DNA from: Flavobacteriaceae bacterium
GTDB lineage: Bacteria > Bacteroidota > Bacteroidia > Flavobacteriales > Flavobacteriaceae
Assembly: GCA_022428005.1 (NCBI GenBank)
Contig: JAKMDI010000013.1
Location: 547-64,546, forward strand
Direction of reading: 5' to 3'
Length of the DNA stretch: 64,000 bases
The translations under genes were made by a program, and so were the position numbers. The notes under the pieces were generated by a model, which ran no database searches, was not told the origin of the DNA, and was given only the letters and a program-made list of their open reading frames with translations. Positions 20,741-30,696 of this stretch are shown here, piece by piece. Each line of letters starts with the position of its first letter. The stretch's first letter is position 1.

Positions 20741-22270
20741 CTATTCCCATTCTATGGTTGCAGGTGGTTTGGAACTGATGTCGTATACCACCCGGTTTAC
20801 CCCTTTTACTTTATTGATGATCTCGTTGGACATCTTTTGAAGAAATGCATAAGGCAAATCGACCCAGTCGGCAGTCATTCCATCAGTGGACTGAACGGCC
20901 CTTAACGCCACACACTTTTCATATGTTCGCTCGTCTCCCATCACACCCACACTATTTACGGGAAGCAGCATGGCTCCTGCTTGCCATACCTGATCGTACA
21001 GGTCCCAAGATTTTAAACCCGCAATAAAAATTGCATCTACCTCTTGTAACATCCTTACCTTTTCCGCGGTGATATCTCCCAAGATTCGAATACCCAAACC
21101 TGGCCCGGGGAAAGGGTGTCTTCCCAACAACTGCGGATCGATACCAATGCTGGCCCCTACCCTGCGGACCTCGTCTTTAAACAACATTTTCAAGGGCTCA
21201 ACCAGTTTCAGTTTCATATAATCTGGCAGCCCACCAACATTGTGGTGCGATTTGATGGTCGCCGAGGGACCATTGACAGAGATAGATTCTATAACATCAG
21301 GATAGATCGTACCTTGCGCCAACCAGCTGACCCCCTTTATTTTTTTCGATGTCGCATCAAAAACATCGATGAAAGTATTGCCGATTATTTTTCTTTTTTT
21401 CTCAGGGTCTGTTTCGCCTTTCAAACCATCGAGGAACTGTTCCGAAGCATCCACTCCAGCAACGTTCAAACCCATTCCTTCATATTGATTCAGGACGCTC
21501 TCAAATTCATTTTTTCTAAGCAATCCATTGTTTACAAAAATACAATGCAGACGGTCCCCTATGGCTTTGTGGAGGAGCACTGCAGCCACTGTAGAATCAA
21601 CACCCCCCGACAAGCCCAAAATAACTTTTTCCGAACCTACAGTCTCCCGAATGTCTTTGACGGTCATCTCCACAAACGAATCTGGTGTCCATTGCTGCTG
21701 AATCCCAGCGATGTGAATCAAAAAGTTCTCTAACAATTGTTTACCGTCTTGGGTGTGGTATACCTCTGGGTGAAATTGAATTCCATAGGTGGTTTCCTCT
21801 TCAATCCGAAAAGCTGCATTCTCAACGTCGTCCGTACTGGCCAACAATACTCCCTTCTCGGGCAGTTGGTCTATGGTATCACTATGACTCATCCATACTT
21901 GACTGCCTTCTTGAATCCCCTGAAAAAATGGCGCATCCGATTCGATGTGTGAAAGATTGGCCCTTCCGTACTCTCTGATGTTGGAAGGTTTGACTTCCCC
22001 TCCAGAAAAGTGAGCCAAATACTGAGCACCGTAGCATACCGCAAGTAAGGGCAACTTTCCCCGAATGGCTGATAAATCTGGGTGGGGGGCGGATTCCGAA
22101 CGAACCGAAAAAGGTGAGCCCGATAAAATTACAGCACTAAAAGCACCCATGTTATCAGGGAGTTTATTGTAAGGGTGGATTTCACAATAAATAAATAGCT
22201 CTCGAACCCTTCTGGCGATCAACTGGGTATACTGCGATCCAAAATCAAGGATCAAAACATTGTCTTGCAT
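20741..22270 (-). CDS. guaA: GMP synthase (glutamine-hydrolysing)
   Basis: GATase (AVCYGAQ, HPE), PP-loop [10 protein letters not shown]-terminal IEWE. Confidence 0.97.
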   Translation of the reverse strand: MQDNVLILDFGSQYTQLIARRVRELFIYCEIHPYNKLPDNMGAFSAVILSGSPFSVRSESAPHPDLSAIRGKLPLLAVCYGAQYLAHFSGGEVKPSNIREYGRANLSHIESDAPFFQGIQEGSQVWMSHSDTIDQLPEKGVLLASTDDVENAAFRIEEETTYGIQFHPEVYHTQDGKQLLENFLIHIAGIQQQWTPDSFVEMTVKDIRETVGSEKVILGLSGGVDSTVAAVLLHKAIGDRLHCIFVNNGLLRKNEFESVLNQYEGMGLNVAGVDASEQFLDGLKGETDPEKKRKIIGNTFIDVFDATSKKIKGVSWLAQGTIYPDVIESISVNGPSATIKSHHNVGGLPDYMKLKLVEPLKMLFKDEVRRVGASIGIDPQLLGRHPFPGPGLGIRILGDITAEKVRMLQEVDAIFIAGLKSWDLYDQVWQAGAMLLPVNSVGVMGDERTYEKCVALRAVQSTDGMTADWVDLPYAFLQKMSNEIINKVKGVNRVVYDISSKPPATIEWE

Positions 22271-22347
22271 AAATCAAAAATACAACTAATTCAAATGGAT
22301 TGAATTGGCAAAAAAAGGAATTTATCAAAAAAAAATGTTGGTAAATT

Positions 22348-23952
22348 TCAACCCTCAATAATGGAGAATTCCTTTGAAAGAGGCTGGAAAGTTTCCATTA
22401 AAAAATCAAATAAATCGCTTCCGTGATCTATATAGTAGTCACTAAAATTATCCACTCTTTCCTGAAGGTTCCCCCCTGGAAAAATTTGCTCGTGTAAAAT
22501 TACCAGTCGCTCAACCTGATCTTTAAGTTTTACCTTCTGTGCTTTGAGTAAACGTTTTTCCAAATGTTCTATACCCTTAAATTGTTTCACTTTTTGGGCT
22601 TTTACTGCTCCTTCAAAAGAACGGTCCGTTTGATCTACTAATGCTCCTAACGCATCAAACTGAGTTGCTAATATTTTCTTAAAAGGGGTTAAGTCTAAAT
22701 CGATATTACTGATTTGCCTGACTTTTTTATTGATCAAGGAATTCCTGTTGAGAAACAAATCTTTTAAGGTCAAATCCAACTGCTCTACTTTGCGCGCATT
22801 TTTGGGGTTGATCAGTAAAGCACTGTTTCTCAAAATCAACAAAGGAAAAGGAATATTGTGGTATTCAAAATACGATTTCAACTCCAACCAATAAGCAATC
22901 TCTCCACCACCACCTATATAGGCTATATTGGGTAAAATCACCTCCTGGTAGAGTGGTCGCATCAATACATTGGGTGAGAATTTTTCAGGCGATACAGCCA
23001 ACCACTTTGAGATTTTTTCGCCCGAAAGTACACTGTCGTTTCCTTCCCAAGTAAAACCATTTTCCCCTTTCATCAAACGATGTCTTTTGCCCTCCTCCAA
23101 TAAAAACAGATTCACGTCACGGGGATTCACCTGTGGTTTGTATTGCGGATTGTAAGTTTTTTTTAATTCTTTGATTTGTTCTGAGACATTTTTTTCGCAA
23201 GCCTGATGCTCCAACTCTTCTTTGACATAGGGGGTGAAATGTTTTTTTAGCGCGGTGTGATCGCCATCGAGGATCAACAAACCATAGACTTTAAACAAGG
23301 AATGAACAAAAATCCGTGTGGCCTCCGAAAGATCGGTCGCCTTTTCATAACTATCTGAAATTATTTTTTTTAGTGCCTCAGCGTTTACCTGATCTCCTAA
23401 TTCCTGGGTAAAGAGCGAAAGAAGTGGTTTTAATCCTGAAGTGGGTATTTTCCCCACAGCACCACCATAACCGTTGTTCCATTTGAATTTTTTGCCCTTA
23501 AAAACGAAAGCGCTTATTTCCTCAAAATCGTGATCCTCACTCGCCATCCAATAAATTGGAACAAAGTTGTATTCCGGAAATTTATCTTTAAGCTGCCGAC
23601 ATAACTTTAGGGTACTTATTATTTTATAAATAAAATAGAGGGGGCCCGTCATCAAACACAATTGATGTCCCGTGGTCACGGTTAGGGTTTTGGTATCGGC
23701 TAAAAGTTCCAAGTTTTTGGTCACTGCTGGTCCCATTTCCAAACCCTTGTACTGCTCTCCGAGGGCTACGCAAAGGCTTTTCCGGACGGAAGCAGGAAAG
23801 TTTTTCTCTTTGACTTGGGCTTGTTTAAAAAGAGAATCAAAACTGGGAACGCCACTGTGATACGGACGTAATTGATCTTCATCCTTTAAATAATCACACA
23901 CAAGCGGAGAGAAGAAACCGGTCTCTAAGAATGGAATGTGATTTGCTTTCAT
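22348..23952 (-). CDS. bshC: bacillithiol biosynthesis cysteine-adding enzyme BshC
   Basis: About 534 aa. VTTGHQLCLMTGPLYFIYKIISTLKL is the BshC hallmark region, and a C-terminal coiled coil is present. Confidence 0.8.
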   Translation of the reverse strand: MKANHIPFLETGFFSPLVCDYLKDEDQLRPYHSGVPSFDSLFKQAQVKEKNFPASVRKSLCVALGEQYKGLEMGPAVTKNLELLADTKTLTVTTGHQLCLMTGPLYFIYKIISTLKLCRQLKDKFPEYNFVPIYWMASEDHDFEEISAFVFKGKKFKWNNGYGGAVGKIPTSGLKPLLSLFTQELGDQVNAEALKKIISDSYEKATDLSEATRIFVHSLFKVYGLLILDGDHTALKKHFTPYVKEELEHQACEKNVSEQIKELKKTYNPQYKPQVNPRDVNLFLLEEGKRHRLMKGENGFTWEGNDSVLSGEKISKWLAVSPEKFSPNVLMRPLYQEVILPNIAYIGGGGEIAYWLELKSYFEYHNIPFPLLILRNSALLINPKNARKVEQLDLTLKDLFLNRNSLINKKVRQISNIDLDLTPFKKILATQFDALGALVDQTDRSFEGAVKAQKVKQFKGIEHLEKRLLKAQKVKLKDQVERLVILHEQIFPGGNLQERVDNFSDYYIDHGSDLFDFLMETFQPLSKEFSIIEG

Positions 23953-23982
23953 GTCTATTTTCGGTTAAAGATATAAGGATTT

Positions 23983-25305
23983 TCAATCATTAAGAGAAAC
24001 ATTCTTAACAGGACTTCCATACAAGTCAAAATCTGTGGCTTTATCGATTTTTACCTCGGTAAAATCACCGAGCTTCAGATAGTACTTTTTGGCGTCAATC
24101 AACACCTCATTGTCCACATCAGGAGAATCTATTTCCGTTCGTCCCACATAGTGGTCCCCTTGCTTGCGATCGATTACACAGCGGAATACTTTACCCGTTT
24201 TCTTTTGATTGTGCTCCCACGAAATTTCTGATTGGATCTTCATGATCTCATTGGCCCGTTCCTGCTTGATCTGTTGCGGCACATCGTCGACCAAAGAATG
24301 CGCATGGGTATTTTCCTCATGGCTGTAAGTAAAGCATCCCAGCCGTTCAAATCTCATCGTTTTTACCCATTGCTTGAGCGTATTAAAATCTGACTCCGTT
24401 TCCCCAGGGTAACCAACAATCAGCGTTGTTCTCAATGCAATTTCAGGAAGTATATTTCGTATCTTATGTATCAGTTGGGTGGTTTTTTCTTGGGTCGTTC
24501 CCCTTCGCATCGATTTTAGAATAGGATCGGAAATGTGTTGCAGTGGTATGTCCAAATAGTTGCAAACCTTAGGTTCGTTTTTCATCACCTCAATCACTTC
24601 CATGGGAAAACCAGTTGGAAAAGCATAGTGAAGTCGAATCCACTTAATTCCGTTCACCTGAACCAAAGCGCGGAGCAAGTCGGCCAAGCGTCTTTTTTGG
24701 TACAAATCCAATCCGTAATAGGTTAAATCTTGAGCGATCAACAACAATTCCTTGACCCCGTTTTGCGCTAATTTTTCAGCGCGTTTCACCAATTCCTCTA
24801 TGGGTGTTGACCTGTGTTTTCCCCGCATCAAAGGAATTGCACAAAAGGAACAAGGACGGTCACATCCCTCCGAGACTTTGAAATAAGCATAGTTTTTGGG
24901 GGTGGTGGTAAGGCGTTCTCCAATCAATTCGTGTTTGTAATTTGCCCCCAGTGCTTTGAGTAATTGCGGGAGGTCTGTGGTCCCAAAATAGGCATCTACC
25001 TCTGGCATCTCTCGCTCTAAATCGGGTTTATAGCGCTCACTCAGGCAACCTGTAACAAAAAGTTGATCAATGGCACCAGATTCCTTCTTTTTAATTTGCG
25101 CTAAAATGGTATTGATCGACTCCTCCTTTGCGTTGTCAATAAATCCACAGGTGTTCACCACCACTACATTACCCTCTTGCTCATGGACAACAGCCTTGTC
25201 GTTGGCCTTGAGTTGCCCCATCAACACCTCTGAATCATAAAGGTTTTTGGAACACCCCATGGTGATGACGTTAATTTTATTGCGCTTGGTACTTTTTGTT
25301 CTCAA
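23983..25305 (-). CDS. rimO: ribosomal protein S12 methylthiotransferase
   Basis: MTTase N-terminal domain (INVITMGCSKN), radical-SAM CDRPCSFCAIP, and a C-terminal TRAM domain. Apparent TTG start. Confidence 0.9.
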   Translation of the reverse strand: MRTKSTKRNKINVITMGCSKNLYDSEVLMGQLKANDKAVVHEQEGNVVVVNTCGFIDNAKEESINTILAQIKKKESGAIDQLFVTGCLSERYKPDLEREMPEVDAYFGTTDLPQLLKALGANYKHELIGERLTTTPKNYAYFKVSEGCDRPCSFCAIPLMRGKHRSTPIEELVKRAEKLAQNGVKELLLIAQDLTYYGLDLYQKRRLADLLRALVQVNGIKWIRLHYAFPTGFPMEVIEVMKNEPKVCNYLDIPLQHISDPILKSMRRGTTQEKTTQLIHKIRNILPEIALRTTLIVGYPGETESDFNTLKQWVKTMRFERLGCFTYSHEENTHAHSLVDDVPQQIKQERANEIMKIQSEISWEHNQKKTGKVFRCVIDRKQGDHYVGRTEIDSPDVDNEVLIDAKKYYLKLGDFTEVKIDKATDFDLYGSPVKNVSLND

Positions 25306-25315
25306 TGGTCTGTGT

Positions 25316-26308
25316 TTAATTTATTACAACCCCCAACTGGTTTTTTAAAAAATCCAGTGAAGCTTCTTCGGCTTGGTGATACTGATCGGTAGTCAAGTGG
25401 GAAATAATAACGTGGTCTCCTGCATCAGGAAAAGTCATTTTTTGTTTTTTAACTGCTGGGGTCCCCAGTTCATCAAACATTTTTAACATGGCGGGAATGG
25501 AAACCACCTCATCTTTTTCCTCCTCGCTTTTATAATAATACCCCATGAATACCGGTGCTGTTACTCTGTTAAATATTTCGGTTTGCATGCTAACCTCCAC
25601 CATTTTTTGCAAATGAATGGTTGACTCCAGCCGGTAACGGGTGGTCCAATAATTTCTCTTTTTTGGGGTAATATTATCCATGATATGGTACTTACTTTTT
25701 ACAACAGCTCGTGCCAAATACAAGCCCCAAGGTAGGGTCAGTAGCTTGGCATCAGGATTGTATATTTCTACATTGGGGCCAAAGAGCAGCAGTGCAGCGA
25801 TATCAGGATCATTCCCTAAAATTAACGAGAGGGTTCCCCCTGTAGAAGAGGAGATTAAGATAACTTTTTCTCCAATTTTTTTGGCGATGGCCAAGGCCTC
25901 TTTAGCACTGTCAATATATTTCTGTCCCGTAAATTGTAACAGGGGCTCTTCTTCCATCAAACCGTGATCACTCAGACGTGGTAAGTACAGATTAGCTTTC
26001 AATGCTTTAGCGATATTTCTGTGGACGGGGTCTCCTTCGCCAATACTGGCTGAAAATCCGTGTAAATACAATACACTGTAAGCGGTCTTCTTAGGAATCG
26101 AATCATAAAACTCTAACTGAGAGGCATTGTCGGGTTTGATGTTGGTCAGGGCAGCCTCCTCGTCTGAAATCCATTTTTTTAGGCTGCTCAGCTCCTGATC
26201 AATAAGAGGCAAAGGACGGTCGATGTCGGGGGACGCTACCTCTGGACCAATGATGAATAATCCATAGAGAACGGCCAGGACAAATAAAGTAGTTTTTATG
26301 ATTTTCAT
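25316..26308 (-). CDS. secreted alpha/beta-fold hydrolase
   Basis: Signal peptide, HGFSAS, a nucleophile-elbow-like ISSSTGG, and a C-terminal GDHV. Substrate unknown. Confidence 0.65.
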   Translation of the reverse strand: MKIIKTTLFVLAVLYGLFIIGPEVASPDIDRPLPLIDQELSSLKKWISDEEAALTNIKPDNASQLEFYDSIPKKTAYSVLYLHGFSASIGEGDPVHRNIAKALKANLYLPRLSDHGLMEEEPLLQFTGQKYIDSAKEALAIAKKIGEKVILISSSTGGTLSLILGNDPDIAALLLFGPNVEIYNPDAKLLTLPWGLYLARAVVKSKYHIMDNITPKKRNYWTTRYRLESTIHLQKMVEVSMQTEIFNRVTAPVFMGYYYKSEEEKDEVVSIPAMLKMFDELGTPAVKKQKMTFPDAGDHVIISHLTTDQYHQAEEASLDFLKNQLGVVIN

Positions 26309-26317
26309 GAGGCTGTG

Positions 26318-27271
26318 TTAACTGAAAAAACTCCCTACAAAAGTTTCGGCATGGAAAAGCTGTAAGTCTTCCAAGCCCTCTCCAACACCAATGTACTTGA
26401 CGGGGATTTGAAACTGATCGGATATACCCATCACCACGCCTCCTTTGGCTGTTCCATCCAGCTTGGTGATGGCCAAGGCCGTGACTTCTGTGGCTGCCGT
26501 AAACTGCTTGGCTTGTTCAAAAGCATTTTGACCTGTGGAGCCATCCAAAACCAGCAATACCTCGTGGGGTGCATCGGGAATGACTTTGTCCATTACTTTT
26601 TTAACTTTTGTCAATTCGTTCATCAAATTGACCTTGTTGTGCAATCTCCCCGCAGTGTCGATGATAACCAAATCGCTTTTTTGGGCAACGGCAGACTGGA
26701 GGCTGTCGAAGGCCACGGAGGCTGGGTCACTTCCCATCTGCTGTTTTACAAGATCAACACCCACACGGTCGGCCCAGATTTGAAGTTGGTCTATGGCGCC
26801 AGCGCGAAAGGTATCTGCAGCCCCCAGTAAAACTTTTTTACCTCCTCTTTTATAGTGATGGGCCAATTTGCCTATCGTGGTAGTTTTTCCTACTCCGTTT
26901 ACCCCAACAACCATGACGACATGGGGTTGGTGCGGTAGTGGAACATCAAATCCCTTTACTTCTTCGGCATTGTGCCGCTCCAGCATTGTAGTGATTTCTG
27001 ATCTTAAAATTTGTGATAATTCTGTTGTCCCCAGATACTTGTCCTTGGCTACTCTGGCCTCCAAAGCATCAATGATTTTTAAAGTAGTGTCAACACCCAC
27101 ATCAGAGCGGATAAAAACTTCCTCCAGTTCGTCTAACAAGTCAGCATCAATGGTTGACTTTCCAGCAACGGCCTTTCCCAATTTGGAAAAAAAAGACTTT
27201 TTTGTGGTTGAAAGCCCTTTGTTTAATTGCTCCTTTTTCTCTGAATTGAATACTGATTTTAAAAAACTCAT
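26318..27271 (-). CDS. ftsY: signal recognition particle receptor FtsY
   Basis: NG domain with GVNGVGKTTTIGKLA, DTAGR, TKLDG. Confidence 0.96.
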   Translation of the reverse strand: MSFLKSVFNSEKKEQLNKGLSTTKKSFFSKLGKAVAGKSTIDADLLDELEEVFIRSDVGVDTTLKIIDALEARVAKDKYLGTTELSQILRSEITTMLERHNAEEVKGFDVPLPHQPHVVMVVGVNGVGKTTTIGKLAHHYKRGGKKVLLGAADTFRAGAIDQLQIWADRVGVDLVKQQMGSDPASVAFDSLQSAVAQKSDLVIIDTAGRLHNKVNLMNELTKVKKVMDKVIPDAPHEVLLVLDGSTGQNAFEQAKQFTAATEVTALAITKLDGTAKGGVVMGISDQFQIPVKYIGVGEGLEDLQLFHAETFVGSFFS

Positions 27272-27282
27272 GTTTGTAGCAA

Positions 27283-27309
27283 TAAAAAAAGCTACTGTAA
27301 AAGTAGCTT
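27283..27309 (-). terminator. intrinsic terminator of the rpmB-rpmG-DUF4295 operon
   Basis: 8-bp stem AAGCTACT / AGTAGCTT (27289-27296, 27302-27309). On the minus strand it is followed by a 7-T run (27284-27290). Confidence 0.7.
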
Positions 27310-27331
27310 ATATTTTGGACAGGCGTAAAAA

Positions 27332-27484
27332 TTATTTCTTACTCAACCAATCGTTGGCCATAGCAGGCGCAACAATGGTTTCTAAAAAGGAATAAGAACT
27401 GGAGCCTTCTTTTTTTACCATTTTAATGGCTTTGGTCAACCTTTTTGAATCGGTCTGAAGCGTAGCTACTGATTTTTTTGCCAT
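27332..27484 (-). CDS. DUF4295 small protein (50 aa), absent from the supplied ORF track
   Basis: Hand translation gives MAKKSVATLQTDSKRLTKAIKMVKKEGSSSYSFLETIVAPAMANDWLSKK*. It starts 3 nt after the rpmG stop, the position DUF4295 typically occupies in Bacteroidota. Confidence 0.7.
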   Translation of the reverse strand: MAKKSVATLQTDSKRLTKAIKMVKKEGSSSYSFLETIVAPAMANDWLSKK

Positions 27485-27486
27485 GA

Positions 27487-27669
27487 TTATTTGATTTCTT
27501 TATGAAGGGTCATACGATTCAAAATGGGATTGAATTTTTTGACTTCCAATCGATCGGGTGAATTTTTTTTATTCTTGGTGGTGATGTATCGGGACGTTCC
27601 TGGTTTTCCAGACTCTTTGTGCTCCGTACACTCTAATATTACTTGAACTCTGTTTCCTTTCTTCGCCAT
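27487..27669 (-). CDS. rpmG: 50S ribosomal protein L33
   Basis: 60 aa, [18 protein letters not shown]...YITTKNKKN. Confidence 0.95.
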   Translation of the reverse strand: MAKKGNRVQVILECTEHKESGKPGTSRYITTKNKKNSPDRLEVKKFNPILNRMTLHKEIK

Positions 27670-27677
27670 GATAATGC

Positions 27678-27911
27678 TTATAAAATACCTTGCGCTTTGG
27701 CTTCCTTAAGAACTGCGCTGATCCCTTTTTTATTGATGGTTTTAAGCACAGATGCTTTTACCTTCAAGGTAATCCATTTGTCTTCCTCAGGAATATAAAA
27801 ACGCTTTTTGATCAAATTAATGTCAAAGCGTCTTCTCGTTTTGTTCATGGCATGGGAAACATTGTTTCCATACATTACTCTTTTTCCCGTGATGTCGCAG
27901 ACTCTAGACAT
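27678..27911 (-). CDS. rpmB: 50S ribosomal protein L28
   Basis: [29 protein letters not shown]. Confidence 0.95.
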   Translation of the reverse strand: MSRVCDITGKRVMYGNNVSHAMNKTRRRFDINLIKKRFYIPEEDKWITLKVKASVLKTINKKGISAVLKEAKAQGIL

Positions 27912-27936
27912 GATTATAGATGATTTTTACAGGATG

Positions 27937-27944
27937 CAAATTTA
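27937..27944 (-). promoter_or_regulatory. candidate -7 promoter box (TAAATTTG) for rpmB operon
   Basis: Exact TAnnTTTG on the minus strand, 25 nt upstream of the rpmB ATG. Confidence 0.45.
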
Positions 27945-27981
27945 CACTTTTTTGAGTAGTTACAAAATATTTCAAGAATTA

Positions 27982-29235
27982 TTAGACTTTGTGTTTTAAT
28001 AGTGCTTTATATAATATTTCAAAGGCTTGGTTAACACTTTTATTGATTACTCGTGTTCGGCTATTTCCCATATTAAATGAAAAGTCATAAACATCATCGG
28101 GGGTTGCTAGAGCAATAAAAACTGTCCCTATTTCCTTTTTATCATCACCTTTGGAGGGCCCAGCATTTCCCGTTGTAGCGAGGGCGTAGTCGCTGCGGTA
28201 CTTCTGCTGTGCACCCTGGGCCATTTCCTTCGCAACCGCTGCACTCACAACTCCGTGCTCTTCTATGGTGCTTTCCTTAACGGCTAAGAGATCGATTTTG
28301 GAACCCGTTGCATAGGTAACCGCACTCCCATTAAAAAAAACAGAAGCGCCAGCTATGGCCGTCAACCGTGCTGCAATTTCCCCACCTGTACAACTTTCAG
28401 CACAGGAAAGACTAAGGCCTAATTCGGTCATTTTTTTGGCCACCAAATTTTCAATGGGTTCGTCTGCTTCCGAACCGTAATAGATGTCATCTATCAGTGG
28501 GATTACTTTTTTAATTTGCATGTCCACCTCCTTTATCAAGGCTTCCAAACGAGGTCCTTTTGTAGAGAGCCGCAAACGCACCCGTCCAAAACTGGGGAGG
28601 TAGGCCAGCTTTATAGATGCTGGCAGCGCATTCTCCCACTTTTCTATCCGCTCGGCAATTGCACTTTCACCCAAGCCATAGGTCAATAAGGTCTTGTGAT
28701 AGAGCGCTGGCAGCACAAACTGTTGCTGAATCTTGGGCAACACCGCGTTTTTCATCAAGGCTTCCATTTCGAAGGGAACCCCAGGGAGGGAAATAAAAAC
28801 TTGCCCTCGGTCCATAAACCACATCCCCGGAGCTGTCCCAAACTGATTGTGAAGCAAGTCAGCACGAGAAGGCAATAGCGCCTGTTCGCGATTCATATCA
28901 CTGATCGGGGTAGTGACATATTTCTTAAAAATATTTTCGATGTGCTCTAAAACCTCCTCGTTCTTTACCAAATGATCGTCAAAATATGCACAAAGAGTGT
29001 GTTTGGTAAGGTCGTCTTTCGTTGGACCCAGTCCTCCCGTCATGATAATTATATCGGCGCGTTCTCTGGCCTGATCCAATGCGTCGATGATCTTATCTTT
29101 TTGGTCTGAGATGCTGCTGATCTGAGCGACCTCTACCCCAATACGGTTCAATTCTTTGGCCAAGAATACCGCGTTAGTATTGACGATCTGTCCAATTAGG
29201 ATCTCGTCTCCTATACTTACCAATTCTGCTTTCAC
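27982..29235 (-). CDS. cinA: competence/damage-inducible protein CinA (MoCF-binding + nicotinamide-nucleotide amidase domains)
   Basis: SIGDEILIGQIVNTN, GGLGPTKDD, and a C-terminal CinA domain (ESCTGG...TGNAGP). GTG start. Confidence 0.9.
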   Translation of the reverse strand: MKAELVSIGDEILIGQIVNTNAVFLAKELNRIGVEVAQISSISDQKDKIIDALDQARERADIIIMTGGLGPTKDDLTKHTLCAYFDDHLVKNEEVLEHIENIFKKYVTTPISDMNREQALLPSRADLLHNQFGTAPGMWFMDRGQVFISLPGVPFEMEALMKNAVLPKIQQQFVLPALYHKTLLTYGLGESAIAERIEKWENALPASIKLAYLPSFGRVRLRLSTKGPRLEALIKEVDMQIKKVIPLIDDIYYGSEADEPIENLVAKKMTELGLSLSCAESCTGGEIAARLTAIAGASVFFNGSAVTYATGSKIDLLAVKESTIEEHGVVSAAVAKEMAQGAQQKYRSDYALATTGNAGPSKGDDKKEIGTVFIALATPDDVYDFSFNMGNSRTRVINKSVNQAFEILYKALLKHKV

Positions 29236-29236
29236 A

Positions 29237-29848
29237 CTATTTAACTTTTATATTAAATGCTTTTTCTTCCTCCAAATAACCTTCCAATAGGTCATTTTCG
29301 GAAACTTTACCCACTCCAGCAGGAGTTCCTGTAAAGATTACATCACCAATTTTTAAAGTAAAAAATTTTGAAACTTCAGCAATCAGCGCATCAATGCCCC
29401 AAAGCATATGAGCGGTATTGCCTTGTTGTACTGAAACACCATTTTTTAAGAGTTCAAAATTGAGGTTATTGATGTCCTCAAATTTATTTTTATCGTACCA
29501 GTTTCCAATGAGTGCAGATCCGTCAAAGGCCTTTGCCTTCTCCCAAGGCAGTCCTTTTTCTTTTAACGATTGCTGGAGATCACGCGCGGTAAAATCTATC
29601 CCCAGTCCGATCTCCTGATAGTATTTTGGCGCAAATTGGGCGTCGATGTGTTTCCCAATCTTATTAATCTTCACCAATACTTCAACCTCGTGGTGTACCT
29701 GATCTGAAAAATGGGGGATGTAAAAAGGGTTTCTTTTTTGAAGAATGGCCGTGTCGGGCTTTAAAAAAATAACAGGCGTATCGGGTTTTTCATTCCCTAA
29801 TTCCGCGGCATGTTGGGCATAATTCCTGCCGATACAAATAATCTTCAC
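29237..29848 (-). CDS. fumarylacetoacetate hydrolase (FAH) family protein
   Basis: KIICIGRNY..., HHEVEL-like HHEVEV, GDVIFTGTPAGVG. GTG start. Confidence 0.85.
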   Translation of the reverse strand: MKIICIGRNYAQHAAELGNEKPDTPVIFLKPDTAILQKRNPFYIPHFSDQVHHEVEVLVKINKIGKHIDAQFAPKYYQEIGLGIDFTARDLQQSLKEKGLPWEKAKAFDGSALIGNWYDKNKFEDINNLNFELLKNGVSVQQGNTAHMLWGIDALIAEVSKFFTLKIGDVIFTGTPAGVGKVSENDLLEGYLEEEKAFNIKVK

Positions 29849-29857
29849 AAAAAAAAA

Positions 29858-30625
29858 TTAAGTATTCAACTTCCTCAGGCGGATGGCAGTAAGGACTTTT
29901 TTGGTATATAGCGGAAAGTCAGCATTGAGCAGCCAACCGAAATAGCCTGGCTCTTGTTCCAAAACATTGTCCACTGTTTTCCCTTTGTGCTTTCCAAAAG
30001 AAAAACACTCTTGTCCTTCCTTATTGTAGACAATAAAACCAGCGAAGTCTGCCGCTTTTTTTCGTAAAGTAAATTCGTTTAAGGCGTCTACATCCGTTCC
30101 CAATTCCGCATAGCGATCCAACTGCGCGATCAGCACATCGTGGGTGGCTTTAGTATCTGCCATGGCTGCGTGGGCGTTGACCAGTTCTTCATCACAATAA
30201 AACTTAAGAGCAGCAGTCAAAGTACGTTGTTCCATTTTGTGAAAAATGGTTTGTACATCAATGGTCTTAAAATCAGCCATATCAAAATCTATTTCTGCCC
30301 GGAGCATTTCTTCAGCCAAAAGGGGGATATCAAACCGGTCAGAATTATACCCTGCCAAATCTGAATCCTTTATAAAAGTGTAAATCGCCTTGGATAGGGC
30401 CCTGAAATTGGGTTCATCAGCAACATCTTTATCGTAGATGCCGTGAACAGCAGAGGCCTGGGCTGGGATTGGACATTCCGGGTTGACGCGCCATACCTTT
30501 TCTTCTTTTTCCCCACTGGGATGTAGCTTTAACACCGCCATTTCTACTATGCGATCGCTGGCAATCTTCACTCCTGTGGTCTCTAAATCAAAAAAACAAA
30601 GGGGTCTGGTAAGTTTTAATTTCAT
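29858..30625 (-). CDS. DEDDh-type 3'-5' exonuclease (DnaQ-like) with C-terminal extension
   Basis: Exo I FFDLETTG, Exo II GYNSDRFDIPLL, Exo III HAAMADT. Confidence 0.8.
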   Translation of the reverse strand: MKLKLTRPLCFFDLETTGVKIASDRIVEMAVLKLHPSGEKEEKVWRVNPECPIPAQASAVHGIYDKDVADEPNFRALSKAIYTFIKDSDLAGYNSDRFDIPLLAEEMLRAEIDFDMADFKTIDVQTIFHKMEQRTLTAALKFYCDEELVNAHAAMADTKATHDVLIAQLDRYAELGTDVDALNEFTLRKKAADFAGFIVYNKEGQECFSFGKHKGKTVDNVLEQEPGYFGWLLNADFPLYTKKVLTAIRLRKLNT

Positions 30626-30696
30626 TTTTTTTATTTTTCAGTCTGTCTGCAAATCAAAAAAGCTTTTCTCATGGCGAAGGACCTTGGTTTCAATAT

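Noticed and set aside
21116-21733. 205-aa ORF antisense to guaA; also 26868-27395 antisense to ftsY, and 62424-62843 and 63658-63987 antisense to aconitase
   Set aside because: Each overlaps a confidently identified housekeeping gene on the opposite strand, and none has family features.
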